In this document: one piece after another, positions 17,770-24,932 of the stretch
How the letters are laid out: every line of letters starts with the position of its first letter
How positions within the stretch are numbered: position 1 is the stretch's first letter
Virus record (IMG/VR): IMGVR_UViG_3300037483_000881
Location: 1-38,905 of that record
DNA from: a virus
Taxonomy: Duplodnaviria; Caudoviricetes
Strand: one strand, 5' to 3'
DNA: 38,905 nt
The notes under the pieces: model-generated
Told to the model about the DNA's origin: nothing
Seen by the model: only the letters and a program-made list of their open reading frames with translations
Databases searched by the model: none
Translations under genes and position numbers: made by a program

Positions 17770-18303
17770 CTACTCGACCTCTTCGGTGAACTCGATGAGG
17801 CCGCTAAACTGCGCCGCGCCGGCTGCGCCCGGGTGCCGAATCACGAACGCCTTGGCCGTGGCATGGTCCCCGGCCACGGTCGGGGGCTTGTGGTTCACGT
17901 GGAACTGGAGGTCAACGCCTCCGCCGTTCGCCGCCGCGGGGACGAACACGTGGAGCGGGACAAACTCGACGAACGAGGCGGCGGGCGTGGTGTCGCCCGT
18001 GTGCGCCGTGGAGGTTGACGCAGGGTCGTCGTCCGCCAGCCCGTAGTTGCCCGGGGTCGGTGTGGCCCCGCCGCTCCCGAGGGCCGGGGCGTACCCGACC
18101 TGTAGCGTCACGATGCCCGGCGTGGTCTGGGCGCCCGCGTTACTGATGGTCACCTGCCGAATGCGGAGGACCTTCCCCGCGGCGGCCAGCACGGACACGA
18201 GGTCCATGGCCACGGTGGGGTTGACCTGGAAGCCTACCGCGTACGTGCGACGCGGAGTGTTGCCCTCGATGGTAACGGTCTGCGACTCCAGCGGGTGCGC
18301 CAT
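17770..18303 (-). CDS. Putative virion structural protein
   Basis: 177 aa, beta-rich; AAGGAG RBS; 'KVLRIRQVTIS', ends 'IEFTEEVE'. Confidence 0.65.
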   Translation of the reverse strand: MAHPLESQTVTIEGNTPRRTYAVGFQVNPTVAMDLVSVLAAAGKVLRIRQVTISNAGAQTTPGIVTLQVGYAPALGSGGATPTPGNYGLADDDPASTSTAHTGDTTPAASFVEFVPLHVFVPAAANGGGVDLQFHVNHKPPTVAGDHATAKAFVIRHPGAAGAAQFSGLIEFTEEVE

Positions 18304-18308
18304 GTCGT

Positions 18309-18566
18309 TTACTCCTTGTCCAGCACGCTAGCGCGAAGCTCCGCGCGGGTAACTTCGTCCAGGTCTTCGTGCATCGCGCCGAGTGGGGACCGCCGGCCGA
18401 GCGTCTCGCGGATGCCCGCGTGCATCGCACGCGAGGGGCTCGGGCTCACCTTGGCCCGCTCCCGCGCTAGCTTCGCTTCCGTGTCGTACCCGCCCCCAAC
18501 CCCGAGGAACGGAAGGCTTGAGAGCCCGCCGAACAGGGCGAGCATACCGAGCAGGGTGATAGGCAT
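18309..18566 (-). CDS. Hypothetical protein with N-terminal hydrophobic segment
   Basis: GAGGAG RBS; 85 aa. Confidence 0.6.
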   Translation of the reverse strand: MPITLLGMLALFGGLSSLPFLGVGGGYDTEAKLARERAKVSPSPSRAMHAGIRETLGRRSPLGAMHEDLDEVTRAELRASVLDKE

Positions 18567-18568
18567 GT

Positions 18569-18931
18569 TTACTCCTCGTCCGCCTCGCGTTCCCGAAGGA
18601 CCGCGGCGTCGTTTGTCAAGCGGGGCTCTGGGGGCGCTACCGGGTAGGTCCGGACCTCGACAACCTGCGGCCCGCCGTCCTTGCCCGTATTCTCGATGCG
18701 TGAAAGCTTGGGAACGAAGTATTCACAGAGCGTCACGAACAGCTGGAGCGCCTTCACGGGGTCCTTCTTCTTCGCCCGCCGCCACAGCGCGAGTAGCTCA
18801 CGCTCGGACACCTTGCCGTAGAAGCTGCTGAACGCCGCGCGGACCTCGAGCGTGAGCTTGTTCGGGGTGCCAGGCTTGCGCCCGCCCTTGCCACCGAACC
18901 CACGCTGACCTGGAAGTGCCGCGTTCGCCAC
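18569..18931 (-). CDS. terS: Terminase small subunit (probable)
   Basis: 'GGRKPGTPNKLT.EVR' N-terminus and 'PKLSRIENTGKDGGP' C-terminus; near the start of the late operon. Confidence 0.7.
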   Translation of the reverse strand: MANAALPGQRGFGGKGGRKPGTPNKLTLEVRAAFSSFYGKVSERELLALWRRAKKKDPVKALQLFVTLCEYFVPKLSRIENTGKDGGPQVVEVRTYPVAPPEPRLTNDAAVLREREADEE

Positions 18932-18936
18932 GGGGG

Positions 18937-19107
18937 TTACTCCTTGCCCTGGAGGGCCTTCACGCGCAGCGCCGCCCGCTGGAGGGCAGCGCCCTTGCGG
19001 ATGATAGGAGGCTTCGCCTTGACGGGCTGCGCCGGGGCGCCGCGCCGCGTGGGCATCGCGTGCATGCCCGGTGCCACGCTTCCGTGCTTCGCTCCCGGCA
19101 TCATCAT
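18937..19107 (-). CDS. Small basic protein (56 aa), first gene of the late operon
   Basis: Not in the ORF track; AAGGAG RBS; MMMPGAKHGSV...KALQGKE*. Confidence 0.65.
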   Translation of the reverse strand: MMMPGAKHGSVAPGMHAMPTRRGAPAQPVKAKPPIIRKGAALQRAALRVKALQGKE

Positions 19108-19157
19108 GGCCTACTCCTTGCTAAGGCAAATTCTTGTCCAGCTCCCAGCCACAGCCT

Positions 19158-19186
19158 ATTATGCGCCTTCTGGCACGAAAACGCAA
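19158..19186 (-). promoter_or_regulatory. Sigma70-type promoter for the late operon
   Basis: TTGCGT-17 bp-CATAAT on the minus strand, about 50 nt upstream of the first late gene. Confidence 0.65.
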
Positions 19187-19561
19187 CATGCACCGGGCGG
19201 GCCATTCCACTTTCAGGCCGCCTTTTTCGCAACACAACCATTGGGGAATTTCGGTAAAATGCAAGGAATACAAATTCGTCCAGGTTCAACGAACGGCACC
19301 CCCGGAGTACCGATACAGCGGGTCCAGACGCGCGCACGCTGGCAGGCCGTTTCCGCTCGTTCTAGGGCCATTCACCCCTAGTATGGCTGGCTCCCCCTAA
19401 CGAGGCACCGCAGCCAAGCAAGGACCAGGCCACGTCACGTCCGGGGCCGGTCTAGGTAGCCCCAGGGTTACCAGCGGCACACCCCAAATGCTACGCTTGA
19501 CGTCCCCGAGGTCCGTGCTTACGCGCGTGCGCGCGCATGCGCGCGGGGGAAATTCCTCTCA

Positions 19562-19719
19562 TTGGCGCCTTGACTCTAACCTCCCGGAATCACGGCAAGG
19601 CGCCAGGCAAGGCGCCAAGTTGGCGCCTTGGTTATTCGGTAGTGGTATCAGGGGGTTAGAGTCAAGGCGCCAAGGCGCCAAGGGAGACCCCGCGCGAGGG
19701 CCTACTCCCTGGCGCCTTG
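19562..19719. repeat. Iteron/inverted-repeat cluster, probable replication origin
   Basis: Seven CAAGGCGCCA copies in both orientations plus a perfect 20-bp inverted repeat (19562-19581 / 19654-19673), at the 3' end of the primase-helicase gene. Confidence 0.75.
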
Positions 19720-21693
19720 CTCCTGCTCCGTGAACCCGAGGGCCCACGTCCAACCGTTCTTGACCTTCGCGGTAACCGCGCCCAGCTGCTCCCGTGCCCG
19801 CTGTAGCGTGCGTTCGCTGTACCCCGCCCCCTTGCCCTCGGCCAGGACCGTGGAGGCCAGGACGGGCCCGCCAGAGAGCCTGGAGGTCAACCACGCGCAG
19901 GCCGCGTTCATGGTAGCCCCGGACTTGTCCTGGGGCCGGGGCTTGGACAACATGCTGTCCGCTTGCATGTCCACCTCGCCGAGCCACTCGACCACGCCTA
20001 CGTCCTCATCCGGGGCGCTGCCCTTGACACGGAAGGCGAGGCTGCGCGGGGCCGGGCCGAGCTGGGGCTTCGCTTGGGCCACGATGCGCCGGGTAGGGTC
20101 CTCATCCTCCGGGTCCGCCCCGACGAACAGCACAGAGCGCGCGGCAGCCCCCAGGCCCACGCTTCCGCTGATACGGTACAGCACGCTCGCCGCATCATTC
20201 GTCTTGTTCAGGTGGCACACGAGCAGGATGGCGATGTGGAGCCGCTGGGCCATGGCGGCCAGCGGGGCGAGGGCCTGGCGGATGTGCTGGTCCTTGTGCG
20301 AATCGAGCTTCACGGGGAGGCAAGCGTTCAGCGGGTCGAGCACAACCATTTGAACGTCGCCGGCCCGTTTGATGGACGCCTCCAGTCGCTCGACGTCATC
20401 CGGCAGTTGGGGCGCGCGCCCACCGTGTAGCAGGTCGAGTACCACGATGCGCTTGAGGTCCGCTCCCGCGGCTTCCGCTCGGGGCCGGATGGTATCACCC
20501 TGGCCATCCTCCACGTTCAGCAGGAGGACACGCGCGGGCGTGCGCCCGGTGGGTTCACCCGGGAGCGCCGCGCCGCGCGAGAGCTTGGCGGAGAGGTCCA
20601 GGGTCATGATGGACTTCCCCTTGCCCGGGTCGCCGGCCACCAGGGTCACGTGCCCGAGCGCTACGCGCCCTTTCCACAGCCAGTCAATCTTTTCCGGCGC
20701 TACCGTGTCGAGCGTCACGAGGTGCAGCTCGTCGCCCGTGTCCACGGGCTCCTCATCCGCCCGCAGCTCGTACGGCCCAAACTCCTCCTCCGCAGTCGGG
20801 CGCGGGCCCTCGCTGTCCCACCCCGCTTCGTGCGCCATGTAGAAGAGAGACCCGAGGCCCACGCCGGTCCGGGAGAAGCTCCGCCACTTCTCCTCGGGCT
20901 CCCCGGGCTTGCACTTCTTCCCCTGCGCGGACCAGGCGAGCCAGAGAGCGCGCCCAGCCTTCCCCAGGCCCGCCTTGAGGGCCATCCCGGTCTTGAGCCA
21001 GCTGTGGTAGTCCATGTCCGGGTCGAGGTGCGAGAGCGCGTCCGCGGCCTCTTCCCAGCGGTGGGGTTCGGCAGCCTGGGGCTCCCCAGTGGTCGTGCCC
21101 TGGCCGACCACCTCCACGATGCGCTCCAGCCTCGCCTGGAAGCCGCGAAGCGGGGCGGCCCCGAGGCGCAGGCCCGTCACGGTGGAGTAGCGCCCGTGGT
21201 CGTACACCTCCAGCCCGGGGTCCGTCTTCTCCTTACCCCACTTCCGGCTATGCTTCGCCTCGGGCGGGAGCTTCCCCACCCCGAAGACGTGGACACCCGT
21301 GCCCGAGGGCGACACTTCACAGTAGGAGTCTTCCGTGATGCCCCGGACCGCCGCGCGGTACTCGGGCGGGACACGCGGGTCGATAGTGACTGTCAGTCCA
21401 CCAGGCCCGGGGGTCACCCCCGAGAGCACGTGGTCGAGGTCCACGAACGCGAGGCCCGACCCCGCCGTGAAGACGAACCCCACGCCCGCGTCCGGGTCCT
21501 CCGCCGTGCGCTCGTAGAATGCTGCCGCGTCCTCAAACGTACCCCAGGTCGAGGGGTCGTCTACCGCAGCCGAAGCTCCAGTCCTGGGGTGGATGGGCCG
21601 CTTGCTCACGTGCCCTACCCACTGGGAGAGGGCCCGCATCCCGGGGGGCACATTGGATGCCCAAGCTCCGGGGGACAGCTTCTTAATTGGCAC
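19702..21693 (-). CDS. Primase-polymerase / PriCT / AAA helicase fusion
   Basis: N-terminal 'DPSTW', 'VDLDH', 'EVSPSGTGVH'; PriCT-2-like 'DY.SW...GMALK...W..WS'; Walker A 'GDPGKGKS', 'VVLDP', 'HLNK', 'GS......AR' (RepA/AAA_25 type). Confidence 0.9.
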   Translation of the reverse strand: MPIKKLSPGAWASNVPPGMRALSQWVGHVSKRPIHPRTGASAAVDDPSTWGTFEDAAAFYERTAEDPDAGVGFVFTAGSGLAFVDLDHVLSGVTPGPGGLTVTIDPRVPPEYRAAVRGITEDSYCEVSPSGTGVHVFGVGKLPPEAKHSRKWGKEKTDPGLEVYDHGRYSTVTGLRLGAAPLRGFQARLERIVEVVGQGTTTGEPQAAEPHRWEEAADALSHLDPDMDYHSWLKTGMALKAGLGKAGRALWLAWSAQGKKCKPGEPEEKWRSFSRTGVGLGSLFYMAHEAGWDSEGPRPTAEEEFGPYELRADEEPVDTGDELHLVTLDTVAPEKIDWLWKGRVALGHVTLVAGDPGKGKSIMTLDLSAKLSRGAALPGEPTGRTPARVLLLNVEDGQGDTIRPRAEAAGADLKRIVVLDLLHGGRAPQLPDDVERLEASIKRAGDVQMVVLDPLNACLPVKLDSHKDQHIRQALAPLAAMAQRLHIAILLVCHLNKTNDAASVLYRISGSVGLGAAARSVLFVGADPEDEDPTRRIVAQAKPQLGPAPRSLAFRVKGSAPDEDVGVVEWLGEVDMQADSMLSKPRPQDKSGATMNAACAWLTSRLSGGPVLASTVLAEGKGAGYSERTLQRAREQLGAVTAKVKNGWTWALGFTEQEQGARE

Positions 21694-21800
21694 GTTAGTT
21701 GCCTCCGACCGCCGAGCGAGTGAGGGACTAGCCGGGCCGGTAGCGCCAGCTCCCGACCCGGCTGCCCTCGCTGGCGATGGCTCGCCAGTGGTCAGGTTTC

Positions 21801-21829
21801 ATTATACGCCATCGGGCGCACCCGAGCAA
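21801..21829 (-). promoter_or_regulatory. Sigma70-type promoter for the primase-helicase
   Basis: TTGCTC-17 bp-TATAAT on the minus strand. Confidence 0.75.
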
Positions 21830-21844
21830 ATCAAGGAGGGGGGC

Positions 21845-21873
21845 TTGCATTCCGTTTCGGGTAGGCGCATAAT
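21845..21873 (+). promoter_or_regulatory. Sigma70-type promoter for the early operon
   Basis: TTGCAT-17 bp-CATAAT. Confidence 0.75.
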
Positions 21874-22020
21874 GGTCTTGCAGCGTTGGGAACGGGCAGT
21901 ACGACGGCAGCACCTCCGCGATAGCCAGCACGGGAGGCCGTCATGAAACCGGGGCCGGGAAAGCCGGCCCGCCAGGCAGCAGGGCCGCTTTAACCACGAG
22001 TGACTAAGATGGAGCGTACA

Positions 22021-22290
22021 ATGGCGACGGATGACCAGCGGTTCACGTCTCTTCCCTCTCTCCTCCAGCATTGCGAGGCGGCCCGAGCGGCTAGCCGCGC
22101 GCTGGTGGTCCCCACCCAGTCCACCAAGGCCACGCGCCGCGTGCGCGGCAGAGCGCACTACAACCGCGCCGGTTGGCCGCTGTGCGGCTGTGCGAAGTGC
22201 GGCCAGCTGCACTACGTGGAGCCACACGGCACGACGGCTTTCTGCACCGCTTGCTTCGACACCACGGAGCACGAATCCCTCGATGAGTGA
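22021..22290 (+). CDS. Zn-ribbon early protein
   Basis: GGAG RBS; 'CGCAKC...CTAC'; 89 aa. Confidence 0.65.
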   Translation: MATDDQRFTSLPSLLQHCEAARAASRALVVPTQSTKATRRVRGRAHYNRAGWPLCGCAKCGQLHYVEPHGTTAFCTACFDTTEHESLDE

Positions 22291-22336
22291 AGCACAGGGC
22301 GTCCCGGGGGTGGCCCGGGACGCTCGATGGTTCACT
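22286..22336 (+). promoter_or_regulatory. Conserved intergenic stem-loop, copy 1
   Basis: AGTGAAGCACAG-[GGCGTCCCGGG ggtgg CCCGGGACGCT]-CGATGGTTCACT. Confidence 0.75.
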
Positions 22337-22349
22337 CAAGGAGAACGCC

Positions 22350-22805
22350 ATGGCTTGCTCCGACTGCCTCAGAAACGACGTGGACGGCGACTGTATTCAC
22401 GAGGGGCTAGCGTGGGCCAGGGCGCGGAAACAGAAGGACGCGAAGAGGGTTGCACGCGCAGTAGAAACCTATACGATGGAGGCGGTGACCATGAAAGAGC
22501 TTTCGATGGCGGAAGTGGTGTCCGTGGTAGAGGCGGCGCTGACTATGCCCCCGGGCGATATGGCCTGGAAGACGGAGCCGGTCCCCGGGACGCCCGAGGG
22601 GGCGCAGGCGACGGGCTACGTCGGGGAGATGGGAGGGCTCAAGGTCGCGGTCGCGGCCTGGTCCATGGGGGGCTACTCCGGGTTTGAAGGGGCCCTCTTC
22701 TCGGACGCGCTCGGCATCCCCGTTCGCCTGGGGCCCGCCGAGGCGGAACTGTTCGTTCGGAAGGCCCGCGCCGCGCTGGCCGCCCCGGTGGGTTCGGTCG
22801 AGTGA
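22350..22805 (+). CDS. Hypothetical early protein
   Basis: AAGGAG RBS before ATG 22350; N-terminal CxxC...CxH; possible internal start at 22491 (GGAGG RBS). Confidence 0.7.
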   Translation: MACSDCLRNDVDGDCIHEGLAWARARKQKDAKRVARAVETYTMEAVTMKELSMAEVVSVVEAALTMPPGDMAWKTEPVPGTPEGAQATGYVGEMGGLKVAVAAWSMGGYSGFEGALFSDALGIPVRLGPAEAELFVRKARAALAAPVGSVE

Positions 22806-22843
22806 AGCACAGGGCGCCCCAAGGGGGCGTCCGATGGTCCACT
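22801..22843 (+). promoter_or_regulatory. Conserved intergenic stem-loop, copy 2
   Basis: AGTGAAGCACAG-[GGCGCCCC aag GGGGCGTC]-CGATGGTCCACT. Confidence 0.75.
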
Positions 22844-22871
22844 TGACACGGGGCTCGGAGAGTGCCATGAT
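22843..22871 (+). promoter_or_regulatory. Internal sigma70-type promoter
   Basis: TTGACA-17 bp-CATGAT with TG at the extended -10 position. Confidence 0.65.
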
Positions 22872-22890
22872 GAGCTTGGAGGAGCAGGCG

Positions 22891-23160
22891 ATGCCACGGA
22901 ACATAAACTGGGATGCCGACCTGACGTGTGGGTGCAAGGTGGACCTGACGGACAGCGAACGGGCCAGCCTCATCATATGCCGAGCGGACCATGCGTGGGA
23001 GTGCAATCGCCGGTACTGCCTCGGGGAATGCGCGGCCTCGCCGTGCGAGCATGGCCTCGCCGCCGCCTGGTGCCCGGCATGCTGGGACCTCGCGATGTAC
23101 TGCCCGAAGTGCAACGCGGGACAGCACATTCAGCGCGTGCTGCGCATCACTCACAGGTAG
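22891..23160 (+). CDS. Cys-rich (multi-Zn-binding) early protein
   Basis: GGAGGAG RBS; 89 aa with many Cys/His, including CGC, CEHG, CPAC and CPKC. Confidence 0.7.
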   Translation: MPRNINWDADLTCGCKVDLTDSERASLIICRADHAWECNRRYCLGECAASPCEHGLAAAWCPACWDLAMYCPKCNAGQHIQRVLRITHR

Positions 23161-23253
23161 TGAAGAGAACGGGGCGAGAAACGGGCGCGAAGTCGGGTTG
23201 GCCTCCCGTCGCCCCACAGTGAACGAAGGACAAACGAAGCAAGGAGGCAGGTC

Positions 23254-23613
23254 ATGTGCGCAAAGTGTCAGGCGTCGAAGGAAGAGGCGGCGAAGTTGGG
23301 GGACCTCGTTCGCATCCACGCCGGGGGTGAGTGTATCATCCGCTTTGACAAGAACGCGGCGTTCACCTTGAAGCCGGGGGCCACGCGGGAGGAGCTGGCA
23401 GAAGCCGCGGGCACCGTGGCGGACCAGCTGACGCAAATCGAGAAGGTCCGCAAGTCCGCCGAGGCTACCATCCTGATGTTGACCCTCGCCGCCGGGGCCC
23501 TCGGGGAGCGCATGCTCGGCATGGTCCCGGCGCGGACCAGCGGGGAGGAGCAGGGCCAGAAGGCCGCCTCCTTGTTCGCCCAGTACAGCCCGGCCGGCGG
23601 TTTCAAGTCGTGA
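23254..23613 (+). CDS. Hypothetical early protein
   Basis: AAGGAGG RBS; 119 aa starting MCAKC. Confidence 0.75.
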   Translation: MCAKCQASKEEAAKLGDLVRIHAGGECIIRFDKNAAFTLKPGATREELAEAAGTVADQLTQIEKVRKSAEATILMLTLAAGALGERMLGMVPARTSGEEQGQKAASLFAQYSPAGGFKS

Positions 23614-23699
23614 CCTGGAGGGCGGGGGACCTGCTGTTCGACGTGGCCTGGTTGGCGGGGCTGGCGGCCCTGATAACCCTGGTAGTTCACGGAATGTGA
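23610..23699 (+). CDS. Small membrane peptide (29 aa)
   Basis: GTG overlaps the upstream TGA; MTWRAGDLLFDVAWLAGLAALITLVVHGM. Confidence 0.55.
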   Translation: MTWRAGDLLFDVAWLAGLAALITLVVHGM

Positions 23700-23714
23700 G
23701 GACGGAGGTGTACC

Positions 23715-23873
23715 ATGGCAAGCGTCGTTGCACACGGAAAGGGAAAGCGCGCATTTGGCCGGCGGGTGAAGACCGGCGGGGGACCGGCCAAGAAATACAG
23801 GCGCCGTCGCTGGTTGGAGCGCCCCTCGGACCGATGTTCGTGCCACCATTCACAGCCTTGCAGGAGCCAGTGA
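23715..23873 (+). CDS. Small basic protein (52 aa) with C-terminal CxCHHxxPC
   Basis: GGAGGT RBS; not in the ORF track; stop coupled to the next start (TGATG). Confidence 0.65.
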   Translation: MASVVAHGKGKRAFGRRVKTGGGPAKKYRRRRWLERPSDRCSCHHSQPCRSQ

Positions 23874-24094
23874 TGAAAGGCCCCTTGCGCTTCGCGGTAG
23901 CCCTCGGGGGCACGCTGACGGCGGGGCTGCTGGTCCTGGGGTTCCTGTGGGTACTCGGGACCCTGGCGGCCATCTTCGGTGGGCCCGCGGCGATGCTGGG
24001 GCTCTGTGCGCTCCTGGTGGCGGGCCTGGTGTTCTTCGCCATTTGGGACGGCACGCGGCCCCCCAAGCCCGAGGGCCGGGGCTTGTATGACTAG
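23873..24094 (+). CDS. Two-TM membrane protein
   Basis: AGGAG RBS; 73 aa, mostly hydrophobic. Confidence 0.7.
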   Translation: MKGPLRFAVALGGTLTAGLLVLGFLWVLGTLAAIFGGPAAMLGLCALLVAGLVFFAIWDGTRPPKPEGRGLYD

Positions 24095-24398
24095 CGGTGA
24101 CATATCCCGGGCGCGCTTGCGGGCCATCCTGCGGGCCGCCCCGGGAGTGGGGCCCCAGAAGCTCCGGGGGTTGTACCTGGAGGTCTACGGGGCCACAGCA
24201 GCATCGAGCATCCCGGACGAGCGGGTCCGGGCGTCCATCATCGAGGCAGTGAACGAGCTACTCGGAGGTACACACAATGGCAAGTCGCAAGGTTCAGGAG
24301 AAGCTGGCGGAGTCCGTGAAGGCGAAGGCGGAGCAGGGGGAGCACGGGGGCGGCGCAAGCCCCACGCCCCCGCCGTCCGCCCCACTGACCTCCTGTGA
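24087..24398 (+). CDS. Small protein with HhH/H2TH-like DNA-binding motif
   Basis: ATG 24087; 'ILRAAPGVGPQK'. The last 122 nt overlap the next gene. Confidence 0.5.
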   Translation: MTSGDISRARLRAILRAAPGVGPQKLRGLYLEVYGATAASSIPDERVRASIIEAVNELLGGTHNGKSQGSGEAGGVREGEGGAGGARGRRKPHAPAVRPTDLL

Positions 24399-24891
24399 GG
24401 TCGCCGCGCCTGCGGACACGGCGCCGGAGATGGAGTACATGGTTCGCGCGGCCGACGAGCGGGCCGCCATGGAGGCGGCCCGCACGGCGGCCTTCGTGGC
24501 CATCTCGGAAGGGCTGTTCGCTATCGCGGTAGCCCTGGAGCTGCGCGCCGGGGGCCGGGTCGTAGGGTTCGAGGACCCGAAGCCCCAGGCGCCCCCGTCG
24601 AAGCCCCAGGCGGAGGACACGAAGCCGGCCCCGGCCGCTCCTGCGGCTCCTGCCGCTCCTGCCGCTCCCGCGGCCCCGTCGAAGCCCCAGAAGCCGGCGG
24701 GCAAGGCGACCCTGGCCGAGGCACAGCGGGCCGTGCTCACGTACGCGCAGCGGGTCGGGACGCCCGAGGCGCAGGCCATCATTCAGGGCACGCTGGGCGT
24801 GGGTCGTCTCTCGGAGATGAAGGGGGAAGAGGCCGCCCTGGCGCAGGCGTACGGGCGGCTCGTCGCGGCCCTGGTCCTTCCGGCGGAGTAG
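24277..24891 (+). CDS. Hypothetical replication-module protein with Pro/Ala linker
   Basis: GGAGGT RBS; (PAA)n linker; C-terminal helical domain 'A..II...GV.RLSE' of the kind seen upstream of DUF2800 genes. Confidence 0.75.
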   Translation: MASRKVQEKLAESVKAKAEQGEHGGGASPTPPPSAPLTSCEVAAPADTAPEMEYMVRAADERAAMEAARTAAFVAISEGLFAIAVALELRAGGRVVGFEDPKPQAPPSKPQAEDTKPAPAAPAAPAAPAAPAAPSKPQKPAGKATLAEAQRAVLTYAQRVGTPEAQAIIQGTLGVGRLSEMKGEEAALAQAYGRLVAALVLPAE

Positions 24892-24932
24892 GCCACTACG
24901 CGGTGAACCCGAGGCAGTAGGGAGAACACACA

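Noticed and set aside
19125-19140. Sigma54-like TGGACA-N5-TTGC on the minus strand
   Set aside because: The implied start site would fall within the RBS of the first late gene; the upstream sigma70-type promoter fits better.
21728-21931. 67-aa minus-strand ORF upstream of the primase as a repressor
   Set aside because: It spans both promoters, has no HTH pattern and has atypical codon usage.
22286-22336. Complete c-di-GMP-I riboswitch
   Set aside because: Only a P1-like CACAG/CGAUG core is present; the two-hairpin aptamer with tetraloop and receptor is missing.
24631-24675. 9-bp repeat as a regulatory element
   Set aside because: It encodes an ordinary (PAA)n linker.
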